Of a DNA stretch of 64,000 bases, positions 1 through 7,554 are shown piece by piece. Source of the DNA: a virus; IMG/VR virus record IMGVR_UViG_3300029197_000003; one strand, written 5' to 3'. Numbering within the stretch: position 1 is the first letter of the stretch; every line of letters starts with the position of its first letter. The position numbers were made by a program, and so were the translations under genes. Under the pieces are notes generated by a model. That model saw only the letters and a list, made by a program, of their open reading frames with translations, was not told the origin of the DNA and did not search any database.

Positions 1-221
1 TCCGCAAGAGCCGCGACATACCAAAGCACATCGCCAAGCTCATACTTAACGCTTTCCTTAAACGCTTTATCATCGAAGTTTCCGTTATTGTATCGGATAG
101 CCTTCTTTACCTTGTCGGCCACCTCTCCAGCCTCTCCAGCAACACCAAGAGCCGCAAATAAAACGATTGGCTCTCCACATCTATACTTAGATGCCAGATG
201 TTGGTATTCGTCCATTTTCAT
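1..221 (-). CDS. MazG-like nucleoside triphosphate pyrophosphohydrolase (N-terminal part; gene runs off the left edge)
   Basis: Hand translation from ATG at 219-221 gives MKMDEYQHLASKYRCGEPIVLFAALGVAGEAGEVADKVKKAIRYNNGNFDD...ELGDVLWYVAALA. The GEAGEVADK and ELGDVLWY helices match the EExxE/ExxD metal-binding pattern of all-alpha MazG NTP-PPases. Confidence 0.6.
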   Translation of the reverse strand, partial: MKMDEYQHLASKYRCGEPIVLFAALGVAGEAGEVADKVKKAIRYNNGNFDDKAFKESVKYELGDVLWYVAALA

Positions 222-230
222 TTGTTTTCT

Positions 231-575
231 TTATTTAAGAGCTTCCAACTCTACGCCAACGCGGTAGTTTGGGATTATAACACGCCCAAAAGCAGACATC
301 AGCGCAATCTCCATATCACAAATTTTGCTTGCAATGCTTCCCCTGCCTGACGGTGATATTCTGACAATTGCGCCACAGTCAAGCATGCGAGAAGCATTTT
401 GGTCAAAATGTCGGATAATGTTCTCTTCGTTTTCGCCGATAAATGGTGAATAATCAAATACAGGAACAATCGGCGTGTGTCCGTGATTGATGATAGTCTG
501 CGACATGCGCTTGTATTCGTAGTCGTATTCAGCCTTGCTAACGTAGCGATATGGCTGTGAGATATAAACCTTCAT
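231..575 (-). CDS. hypothetical protein, possibly with a nucleoside 2-deoxyribosyltransferase-like (DUF4406-type) fold
   Basis: ORF track, 114 aa. It starts MKVYISQPY, is small, and sits next to the MazG-like gene. The assignment is weak and by resemblance only. Confidence 0.35.
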   Translation of the reverse strand: MKVYISQPYRYVSKAEYDYEYKRMSQTIINHGHTPIVPVFDYSPFIGENEENIIRHFDQNASRMLDCGAIVRISPSGRGSIASKICDMEIALMSAFGRVIIPNYRVGVELEALK

Positions 576-829
576 TTCGCGTATTCTTTTTGGTATTTAA
601 TCCAACATTCTCTTGCCTGCTCTGCCAGTTTGGGCAGGCTTTCTTTTGCACTTCCTTCGCGAACAAGGGGGATGCCCCTGTGGCAGAGCCACAAGGCGCC
701 ATCATATTCCTTCACCTGCACTTCCCTGTAAGCCTGCTTGTGAAGCTCGCGCTCGCGCTTGGCCTCAGCGTTTCCAAGAAGGAATTTCTTCGCCTGCTGA
801 CACCACATTCCAAAGTTATTCTTCTTCAT
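572..829 (-). CDS. hypothetical protein
   Basis: ORF track, 85 aa. It has a 4-nt overlap with the downstream gene in a minus-strand operon. No motif recognised. Confidence 0.55.
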   Translation of the reverse strand: MKKNNFGMWCQQAKKFLLGNAEAKRERELHKQAYREVQVKEYDGALWLCHRGIPLVREGSAKESLPKLAEQARECWIKYQKEYAK

Positions 830-854
830 TTCGTTTTAGTTTTTATCTTTATTG

Positions 855-1739
855 CTATTTTTTGCCTTCTGACGGACTTTCCTTCTCCAAGGTAGGTAAT
901 CTATCGTCTTTGCCATTATCTTCGCTCAGAGAGATGCTTAGACGTGTTATGGCGTTTATCTTGATAATTCTTACATCGCCGCGTTTAACGTAGTCATGAA
1001 CGCGCCAAATTTCACTTTTGGGCAGAACGCCCTCGGCTATGCCGTTCACTCCCATGCCAGAGACGCACAATTCCTTGCGCAACTCTTCGCTGTCTCTGAG
1101 GATTCTCAGCGAAAACGAGAAATCGCTCGCAGCGTCGTATGCCTGCCGTTTGATGGCGAATGCTGGTATCGTCATCTTCCTCGCGCCATTCTCGCGTTCA
1201 ATCTTTGCAATAACCTGGTCGCGTTGTGGAAGAAATTCTTTGTGGAAGGCAACGCCGATACGCCTTGCGCTGAAGGTCGTGTAGCTGTCGTCGTACATGC
1301 CAGCGGCATAGCGTGAGAAAAACAGCATCAACTCTGTTAGCTTATACGCCGCCGCAACGTTTGCGAAGTTCTCGCTGAACACGGTGATAGCGTTAGCCAT
1401 CGTTGCATCTCTGCTGCCAGAGGCAACGTACATGGCTGTGACTTGCGCCTGCACCCATGTAGCGGCGGCACCGCGTGTAGCGTAGAGGTCATCAAGAGCG
1501 CCAAGCGCAGGACAGACACGAGTGTACGCGCCGTCACCAATGCGCGACAGGTGAGGCCAGTAGCTCGGTGAGTAGTTCGCGTACAACTCAGATAGGCAGG
1601 GATTCTTCTTCGTCCATTGGACGGAGACGCCGTAGTGCATCCTCTCGCAAACGCTCAATGACCGCAGCGTTTGCTTCTCGTTTCTCGTCTGTAGCTGATT
1701 TCCTGACATAGTTCTTTTCTTTTCGGTTCCACATTCCAA
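855..1739 (-). CDS. hypothetical protein (replication module), start uncertain
   Basis: ORF track. The track start at 1739 is a TTG. Alternative starts are ATG at 1709 or 1640, or a TTG at 1586 one nt after the upstream stop (1588-1590). Confidence 0.5.
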   Translation of the reverse strand: MECGTEKKRTMSGNQLQTRNEKQTLRSLSVCERMHYGVSVQWTKKNPCLSELYANYSPSYWPHLSRIGDGAYTRVCPALGALDDLYATRGAAATWVQAQVTAMYVASGSRDATMANAITVFSENFANVAAAYKLTELMLFFSRYAAGMYDDSYTTFSARRIGVAFHKEFLPQRDQVIAKIERENGARKMTIPAFAIKRQAYDAASDFSFSLRILRDSEELRKELCVSGMGVNGIAEGVLPKSEIWRVHDYVKRGDVRIIKINAITRLSISLSEDNGKDDRLPTLEKESPSEGKK

Positions 1740-2607
1740 GTCGAAGATTAAGGCTCCACGTGCGTTCTAACTCGTAGCGCATCTGTGTTCCACTCTTATT
1801 CGGCTCACTCCAGTAGTCGAAGAAGTTGCGCACCATCGCCTTTCCGTACATCTGCACATAGGGAACGAGTGAATTGTAAAACTCCACCCTACGCCCCTCC
1901 ATTAATTTTTTCTTCCGCTCTATCTCCTTCTTCAAATCCTTGGGCGCGTCCGAAGTCGCGCCAGCGACGGAGGAAAAAGAAACTTTGCTTTCTTTGGTTT
2001 TTCCACTCTCGCTAAGAGAGTGTTTTTCTTTCTTTCTTAGCGAAGGTTGGGGCGAAGCTTTTTCTTTTTCTTTATCTTTTTCTTTTATAGGGGGTGTGGG
2101 GGGAAGGTTTTCTTTTTCTCTTTCGTTTTCTTTTTGGATAAATGGCGGATTTTTTGGTGGATTTGGCGGTGAGGTGGGTTGTTTGTTATTTTCCGTGTTA
2201 CTTTGCGTGTTGAATTGTGTGTTATTTTGCGTGTTACTTCCGTGTTGACTTACATCTTCGCATGTAACGTAATCATCAAAGTTTAAGACAGTTATAATAG
2301 TAAATAAGCGTGTTACTTCTGTGTTAATCGCTGTGTTACTTTGCGTGTTACTCTGTGTGTCATTCTGCGTGTTGGAGGTAAATTTGCGCAATACGGTACG
2401 ATAGCTCTGTTTGCTTATCCCAATTCTTTTACAGGCTTCAGTTATGGATAACGCCAATTGGCCGCGTTGTAAGGCTCTTCCCTTATATATCGTCGGATGT
2501 TCCGCTGCATGGGTAACGAAGTATAAGAACACCTTAAATTCGTTCAGACTCTCGTAACGCCCAATATCAAACACATCCTTATTAATCGTTATCCACTCAT
2601 TGCTCAT
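1588..2607 (-). CDS. replication initiator-like protein (N-terminal winged-helix DNA-binding region, internal NTQ repeats, K/E-rich tract)
   Basis: The N-terminus reads GRALQRGQLALSITEACKRIGISKQSYRTVLRKF, which is HTH-like. The gene contains an iteron array, as lambda O contains ori. The C-terminus carries FFDYWSEPNK. Confidence 0.5.
   Translation of the reverse strand: MSNEWITINKDVFDIGRYESLNEFKVFLYFVTHAAEHPTIYKGRALQRGQLALSITEACKRIGISKQSYRTVLRKFTSNTQNDTQSNTQSNTAINTEVTRLFTIITVLNFDDYVTCEDVSQHGSNTQNNTQFNTQSNTENNKQPTSPPNPPKNPPFIQKENEREKENLPPTPPIKEKDKEKEKASPQPSLRKKEKHSLSESGKTKESKVSFSSVAGATSDAPKDLKKEIERKKKLMEGRRVEFYNSLVPYVQMYGKAMVRNFFDYWSEPNKSGTQMRYELERTWSLNLRLGMWNRKEKNYVRKSATDEKREANAAVIERLREDALRRLRPMDEEESLPI
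2190..2376. repeat. iteron array, candidate origin of replication inside the initiator gene
   Basis: At least 10 copies of (G/C)(C/T)GTGTTA(C/A/T) with about 11-12 nt spacing. They form two clusters (2193-2249 and 2308-2375) flanking an AT-rich spacer (2250-2307). Confidence 0.55.
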
Positions 2608-2806
2608 TTTCTTTCGATTCTTGGTAATATCTCATCACGATTTTTCTCACGCCCTCACGTGTGAGGCTCATGCGCTCAGCGATAAGATTATGCTTGCTGT
2701 AATCCGATGCCTCTGGGTATTCCTCCGTCAGCTCTTCATACATCATGATAACATTCTTGCGGCGCTTTTCTGTCGCCTTGCGATATTTACTTTTTGGTAG
2801 TTTCAT
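2597..2806 (-). CDS. small HTH-type DNA-binding protein
   Basis: 69 aa. NLIAERMSLTREGVRKIVMRY resembles a sigma-region-4 / HTH segment. Its ends overlap both neighbours. Confidence 0.45.
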   Translation of the reverse strand: MKLPKSKYRKATEKRRKNVIMMYEELTEEYPEASDYSKHNLIAERMSLTREGVRKIVMRYYQESKENEQ

Positions 2807-3243
2807 TGTATCTTTAGTAGTTTTTCGGTTTCTTGCTTGTAGTACTTGTATAGTTCGTCAATCTCGAATTTTCCAAGTTTGCAGGTCTGCTGCGATTTGA
2901 CCTTCAGTAAGTCAAAACGCTGCTGGCCTATCTTCTTAATTAGGTTCTCTCTGTAGCCTTCAAGATGCTCGGCGTTGAATCTATTACAATAATTACATTC
3001 GCTATTGCAATTGTCTTCGTCATACCGTGTACTCATGTGCCTACGACTGAAATAATGGCCGCAATCTGCCATGCGGAATGGCTTCACTTGTCCACACGAG
3101 ATACACTTGAATGCTTTGAACCCAAAGGCTCGGCTGTCGCGCAATCGGATATACAACGAAAATATCTTGTCAAGGCGCTCTATCGCCGTCCTTGATGCCG
3201 TTTTCTTCCCTGCTGCTTTCTTCTTGATATAATAGGGCATCAC
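2803..3243 (-). CDS. ninG: NinG/Rap-like recombination endonuclease
   Basis: Cys/His pattern FKCISCG...CGHYFSRRH...NCNSECNYCN, followed by a basic tail. The gene lies next to a NinB-like gene, as in lambdoid nin regions. Confidence 0.6.
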   Translation of the reverse strand: MMPYYIKKKAAGKKTASRTAIERLDKIFSLYIRLRDSRAFGFKAFKCISCGQVKPFRMADCGHYFSRRHMSTRYDEDNCNSECNYCNRFNAEHLEGYRENLIKKIGQQRFDLLKVKSQQTCKLGKFEIDELYKYYKQETEKLLKIQ

Positions 3244-3680
3244 ACGTATTCTTTATGCCGTTCTACTTCTATTTCCGCTAATTCAAGCAACCTATGTTCA
3301 TCGCTCGAAGGAATGTAGATGCCTGCATTCATAGCACAGAAATCGCGAAACCGCTCAATGGCAAGGCTCATTTCTTCGGTGGTGAGGTCGGCAGTGCTCC
3401 TTACGCGCTCGGTATATCCAAGAATACGGTCGTTAACAAGTTCGTAAAACAATTCTCTGTTGCATACTTCCTTAAAGAACTTCTCCTTGACATACTCCAT
3501 ACTCTCGCCGTATTGCGAAGCGAAATAGGAGAGGATAACGTGAAGGTAACGATTCTGCGGCAGTGAGCGCTGCCGCTTCTTAGTCGTAAACTCTACGATA
3601 CCTTCACGCTTCTCAACGGCCTTCCTCACGTGCTCCATAAGGCGCTCTCTGTCCGACTGGTTACTCAAATCGTATTTCAT
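3240..3680 (-). CDS. ninB: NinB/Orf-like recombination mediator
   Basis: 146 aa. RSLPQNRYLH matches the lambda NinB RSLDQNRKLW motif at the same relative position. STADLTTEEMSLAIERFRDF parallels STSRMRVGEFAELLELIQAF. Confidence 0.65.
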   Translation of the reverse strand: MKYDLSNQSDRERLMEHVRKAVEKREGIVEFTTKKRQRSLPQNRYLHVILSYFASQYGESMEYVKEKFFKEVCNRELFYELVNDRILGYTERVRSTADLTTEEMSLAIERFRDFCAMNAGIYIPSSDEHRLLELAEIEVERHKEYV

Positions 3681-3682
3681 TG

Positions 3683-4147
3683 TCAGAAGGGCAAATCGTC
3701 TTCGTTTCGTCCGCCGTACAGGTTATTGCCGCCGACAAACTCTTGTGACAATACTGTTTGCTGTGATTGTGCGCCCTGCTGCGACGGTGGTGCAAATGTC
3801 GGCTGCTGTGAAGGCTGCTGGCCCTCCTGCTTGCCGCCAAGTAGTTCAATCTCTCTCACGTTGAGGTCAAGGCCTGCAATAGCCTTGCCCTGGTTATCAA
3901 CTCACGCATGGCAGGAGATTCGCCCTGTCACGCATACCTTTGTCCCCTTGGTGAGGTATGGTGCAATGCCCGACGTATTTCCATTCATGATGCAGTCAAC
4001 GAATTGCACGTCTTCGCGTTTCGTGCCATCCTTGGCCTTCCATTTGCGATTCACGGCAACGGTAAATGTCGTGAACGGATTGCCGCCGTTCACTTGCTTT
4101 GTCTCGGCCGTCTTGGTGAGATTGCCGATGAAAATAGATTGATTCAT
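3683..4147 (-). CDS. ssb: single-stranded DNA-binding protein interrupted by an in-frame TGA at 3902-3904
   Basis: OB-fold N-terminus MNQSIFIGNLTKTAETK...VCVTGRISCHA, then TGA. The same frame continues VDNQGKAIAGLDLNVREIELLGG...Q/P-rich...NEDDLPF stop (3683-3685). DDLPF is the canonical SSB C-terminal tip. Confidence 0.8.
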
Positions 4148-4425
4148 TTTTCTTTCTTTTTTAGTAACTTGTTAATATCTTTGACGGAATAGAGGATATT
4201 CCGTCCAACTTGTGATACCTTCAACTTGTAGACCTCGCGCCATCTGCTCAAAGTGTGAGCAGATACCTTTAGTAGTCTGCATGCCTCGTCGGTACTCATC
4301 CATCCGTCAGGTTCTTCGCGTTCCTGCATGATGGTTTCGATTCTGCTGATAACGTCAACCATGCGTTTCCATTCCTGCTGCGGAACAAGAACGAAAGCCG
4401 CGCCGTTCTGTAATATCTCGTTCAT
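4144..4425 (-). CDS. HTH DNA-binding protein (MerR/excisionase-like)
   Basis: 93 aa. STDEACRLLKVSAHTLSRWRE is a typical excisionase-type HTH. There is an ATGA overlap with ssb. Confidence 0.5.
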   Translation of the reverse strand: MNEILQNGAAFVLVPQQEWKRMVDVISRIETIMQEREEPDGWMSTDEACRLLKVSAHTLSRWREVYKLKVSQVGRNILYSVKDINKLLKKKEK

Positions 4426-5342
4426 TTGATTTTTACGATTACGGATGAAGGCGTTTTGCTCTTCACCATGTATTTTTCATACATATCTGGATGGTCGGCC
4501 TTGAATGCCTTGCTGTCAAAGCTTGCTCGTTCTCCTTCGCATTTTCGTGTAATACTGATTTTCTGGCCGTCATATTTTTTGATATTGTTCGCGACCATGA
4601 TTGCTAAGATGCCGTCTTTGAGTTTATCATATTGCGCCTTGCAAAACTCCATCGCCTCTTTATATTCGATGATGGCAGCCTCTGCGCGGTTGATGTCTGG
4701 CATCATTTCTTCGTCAACGGTGGTAACTGGCAACGCTTCTTCAGTGTAAAGTAACTTCTTGACATCTTCGATTGATTTCCGCTCCACTTCCACAACCTTG
4801 TATTTATCTTCCCTGAACCATAAAGCATAGAGCTTTTTGACCTCTATGTTTGGATTTATCAGGTTAAAGAAATAAGCATAGATAGATAGTTGCCAACTCA
4901 CGTATTCCTCATTAAGATGGTAAGTAGTCTTCACGTCACCGAGAATAACGCCATCATCTTCTACATAAACCTTATCTATTGCAGAGGCATATTTTTCGCC
5001 ATCCGTGATAAGATATTCGCTTTGCAGATGATTAGCAAGGAAAGGAAATTCTGTCTGCGCCTTCATGTAGTTTTGAAGTTCCATGCAATCATCTGTTTCA
5101 ATTCCGACTTTGTCGTACAATTCAAGAACATGATGAATCCTCGTGCCTCTTGTCGCGGCACGTTGCAACACATCTTCGGGAACATCTTTATACTCATCTG
5201 GGAAGGCTCGTTCTTTGAGCCTTCCCGTGATTCCTTGCAACACTTCTCCATCTTTGGTGCAATAGGTGTGGCTTTCTGCATCAAACAGGATTCCGCTGTC
5301 ATTCAGTTTTATCTTCTTCATCGTCTTCATTATCGCCTTCAT
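4422..5342 (-). CDS. PD-(D/E)XK (RecB/Cas4/lambda-exo-like) recombination exonuclease
   Basis: Motifs are AIDKVY...ILGDVKTT (D...D-x-K) followed by SWQLSIYAY (QxxxY). It is adjacent to ERF and SSB. Confidence 0.6.
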   Translation of the reverse strand: MKAIMKTMKKIKLNDSGILFDAESHTYCTKDGEVLQGITGRLKERAFPDEYKDVPEDVLQRAATRGTRIHHVLELYDKVGIETDDCMELQNYMKAQTEFPFLANHLQSEYLITDGEKYASAIDKVYVEDDGVILGDVKTTYHLNEEYVSWQLSIYAYFFNLINPNIEVKKLYALWFREDKYKVVEVERKSIEDVKKLLYTEEALPVTTVDEEMMPDINRAEAAIIEYKEAMEFCKAQYDKLKDGILAIMVANNIKKYDGQKISITRKCEGERASFDSKAFKADHPDMYEKYMVKSKTPSSVIVKIK

Positions 5343-5436
5343 ATTTATTTGCTATGTGTTGTGCATATTCGAGAAAAACTATAAACGCTAACGCAAAGGC
5401 CAGCAAAAAGAGAGAACAACAAATAACTTTTATCAT
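5299..5436 (-). CDS. candidate 45-aa membrane peptide (one TM helix plus an acidic tail)
   Basis: Hand translation gives MIKVICCSLFLLAFALAFIVFLEYAQHIANKYEGDNEDDEEDKTE. Its start makes an ATGA overlap with the erf stop. It is below the ORF-track length cutoff. Confidence 0.3.
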   Translation of the reverse strand: MIKVICCSLFLLAFALAFIVFLEYAQHIANKYEGDNEDDEEDKTE

Positions 5437-6071
5437 TTCGGGTATTTTTTAGATGCTTCTTGCACGGCCTCGCTAAATCGCGGATTGGATTGCAAGTCTT
5501 TATTCTCATTCCAAATCGTTGTGAGCGTTTTCCTGCTTCTCGCATGGCTTATATCTTGCAGGAGCAACATCAAGCGCTCCTCATCGACCTGCGGTGCTTG
5601 CTGTTTCACTTGCTTTGGCTTGGCCTGGCTCACCGTTGCAGTTGTACTCTGTTGTGCAGCTTGCACCTGCTGCGCGTATTCTGTCGTGTCTGCATCTTTT
5701 GTGTCGTCAATAGCAAAGAGATTACCAAGCGCATATTTCTTGGCATAACTCATTGCAGCACCTGTTATCTGCGAATCATCCATGCCTTTTTTCGTTTCTT
5801 CCTCGCGTGCCATTCCGCTTGCACTTTCACTTGTTTTTCCGTCAGAAATGGTGACCGTGCATTCTACATAGATGCGATTTAGATGTTCGCTGATTTTCGA
5901 TTCCGTCACCAGCGTCAAACCCATTTCGCGAAGAAAGGGTTTTGTCGCGGCCAATATGCTTTCTGCGCTTCTATAACGATAGTTACCAAACTTGTTATAC
6001 AAGTCCTTCGGCGCTTCTAACTTTGTCTGAATCAGATTCAGTTTTTCGTGTAATGTCATTTTATTTTCCAT
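5433..6071 (-). CDS. erf: ERF-family single-strand annealing protein
   Basis: KFGNYRYRSAESILAATKPFLREMGL...GAAMSYAKKYALGNLFAIDD matches the ERF family pattern. ATG at 6071 (MENKMTL) is preferred over the GTG at 6125. Confidence 0.7.
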   Translation of the reverse strand: MENKMTLHEKLNLIQTKLEAPKDLYNKFGNYRYRSAESILAATKPFLREMGLTLVTESKISEHLNRIYVECTVTISDGKTSESASGMAREEETKKGMDDSQITGAAMSYAKKYALGNLFAIDDTKDADTTEYAQQVQAAQQSTTATVSQAKPKQVKQQAPQVDEERLMLLLQDISHARSRKTLTTIWNENKDLQSNPRFSEAVQEASKKYPK

Positions 6072-6270
6072 TGTGTTTGAATTTAAAAAGCAAAGCCGTC
6101 CGTACTTGCAGGTACGAACGGCCACCTTAGTATGAATTATGAGTATGAAAAGCGGAAGAACTAATTATCCCAATCCGTTGCGACCGCCCCTGTTAACTAT
6201 AGTCTCCTACCATTAACAAGTTGAATATTTGATAGAAACATCTTTCTTATATATAGCAAAAACGTAGTTG

Positions 6271-6507
6271 TCAAAGATTTCCATTAATAAGCGAATCTAC
6301 CTCTGGTATTTCGTGTTTATCGCTCCAATGAGAAATCAGAATCATCGTGACGTAGATAAGCAAGCATGCAGCTGCTTTTGTCAGCACCAAAAAGGCAATA
6401 AACCTCAGAGTGCTCCAACTATCGTCTGGCATAGCAATAAACAATATTGCCGCCATAAAGCTAACGGCAAAGAGAACGTAATATCTGTAGTTTGTTAATG
6501 CTTTCAT
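6271..6507 (-). CDS. small membrane protein (2 TM)
   Basis: 78 aa with two hydrophobic helices: YYVLFAVSFMAAILFIAM and FIAFLVLTKAAACLLIYVTMILI. Confidence 0.5.
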   Translation of the reverse strand: MKALTNYRYYVLFAVSFMAAILFIAMPDDSWSTLRFIAFLVLTKAAACLLIYVTMILISHWSDKHEIPEVDSLINGNL

Positions 6508-6519
6508 GATTGTAATTTT

Positions 6520-6873
6520 TTATTCTGCTTCGCTATTTCCTAATCTACTTGAACCATACAACCATCGTCTTACTGGTCTGAGAACCATTATAGCGGGATG
6601 GGTATCACAGCTTACATCACTTTCAAATACAAAGATTATTTCGCCAAACATGCCGTTTTCTCGCTTTAAACGAATATCTCTGCACCGCTTAATCGATGCG
6701 TTGATTTCATTAAGCCGTTTATTAAGGTCGGCAATTAGAACCTCTGGCGTATATTCTTCGTCGAACTCTATAAGACAATTCTTGTAGCTTTTAAGGTACT
6801 CGGCAAGTACCTCTTCTTTCATGTTTCTTCTATTACAAGAGACTGAAACAACAAAATAGTATTCCTTCTTCAT
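6520..6873 (-). CDS. hypothetical protein
   Basis: ORF track, 117 aa, in operon context. No motif recognised. Confidence 0.5.
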   Translation of the reverse strand: MKKEYYFVVSVSCNRRNMKEEVLAEYLKSYKNCLIEFDEEYTPEVLIADLNKRLNEINASIKRCRDIRLKRENGMFGEIIFVFESDVSCDTHPAIMVLRPVRRWLYGSSRLGNSEAE

Positions 6874-6890
6874 AATATGTTTTTATTGGT

Positions 6891-6997
6891 TGGTGCAGGT
6901 GAGAGGAATCGAACCTCTTATCTCACATATTCTATTTAATCAAATCATAACAACTATGGAACTTCCAAAAGTATGAGACCCAGTCTCAATCACCTGC
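6891..6997 (-). tRNA. tRNA-like element 1 (107 nt, encoded CCA, anticodon arm not identifiable)
   Basis: The minus strand reads GCAGGTG-AT-TGAG-ACTGGGT-CTCA...AGAGG-TTCGATT-CCTCT-CACCTGC-A-CCA. It has a perfect 7-bp acceptor stem, a D arm and a canonical T arm. However, 55 nt lie between the D and T arms. Confidence 0.45.
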
Positions 6998-7001
6998 GTG
7001 T

Positions 7002-7101
7002 AGCTCGCTGCGGAAATCTTCTCACCCATAACTTTTCACAGATTCACAGTTTCATTTGCGATGCAACGCTTTGCACCTCGTGAAAAGAACCGCAGCGAGC
7101 T
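7002..7101 (-). ncRNA. nested-stem structured RNA candidate directly 5-prime of tRNA-like element 1
   Basis: A perfect 12-bp pairing (7002-7013 with 7090-7101) encloses an 8-bp pairing (7032-7039 with 7080-7087). That in turn encloses the hairpin TGCAA-CGCT-TTGCA at 7062-7075. Confidence 0.3.
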
Positions 7102-7105
7102 TATA

Positions 7106-7453
7106 TCAATAAAGGAAATCGTACATCAGCGATTGTTCATGCTCCTCGTACAATTTTGCCTCCTTTTCAAGTTTTTCATACGCCTCTCGTTTGAGAGTTG
7201 CGTATAGCCCTGAATATTCGTTTAGGATAAGGATTTTCAATTTCACGTCCTCCACATCTTCTTCTACGTTGTAGACGGAACAATCGCTGCATTGCCAATC
7301 TTCATCAACGATTAATTCGACTTCGTAATTCTTCTTGCCAATCTCCATGTAGAAGTTGGCAGTGAGATAACCGCGTGTGCGGCAGATACACTGCTCTTCT
7401 GCATCCTGCATCAGCAATTCTCTTATCTCAGCAATTCTCTTAATCTTATTCAT
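7106..7453 (-). CDS. hypothetical acidic protein
   Basis: ORF track, 115 aa, flanked by tRNA-like elements. No motif recognised. Confidence 0.55.
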   Translation of the reverse strand: MNKIKRIAEIRELLMQDAEEQCICRTRGYLTANFYMEIGKKNYEVELIVDEDWQCSDCSVYNVEEDVEDVKLKILILNEYSGLYATLKREAYEKLEKEAKLYEEHEQSLMYDFLY

Positions 7454-7472
7454 ACAACAAGGTTTTAATTAG

Positions 7473-7554
7473 CTCAGATAGGTGGACTTGAACCACCTGT
7501 GCCGCCAAGTCCAAACGCAAACGAAAGGTGCCAGCTATCGGCATATCTGTCTGA
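7473..7554 (-). tRNA. tRNA-like element 2 (T arm plus imperfect acceptor, no canonical anticodon arm, no CCA)
   Basis: The minus strand has GGTGG-TTCAAGT-CCACC-TATCTGA-G. The 5-prime partner is ACAGATA (6 of 7 bp), or CTCAG..ATA with a 4-nt bulge. GCC-GATAGCT-GGC forms a D-like hairpin. Confidence 0.3.

Noticed and set aside
1586-1739. A 152-nt overlap between ORFs 1588-2607 and 855-1739, suggesting a programmed frameshift fusion of initiator and downstream protein.
   Set aside because: The track start at 1739 is only the most upstream TTG. A TTG start at 1586, one nt after the upstream TGA, removes the overlap. I saw no slippery heptamer at the junction (CCTATCTGAGTTG).
3630-4142. A plus-strand 170-aa ORF antisense to ssb.
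   Set aside because: It is Cys/Pro/Ser-rich antisense noise. The minus frame encodes a textbook SSB including the DDLPF tail.
6891-6997. tRNA-like element 1 interpreted as tRNA-Sec (possible 8-bp acceptor and 6-bp D stem) or as a tmRNA tRNA-like domain.
   Set aside because: No UCA anticodon loop or long variable arm can be folded. There is no G3-U70 alanine identity pair, no tag-like reading frame and no pseudoknot-sized body. The length (107 nt) fits neither class.
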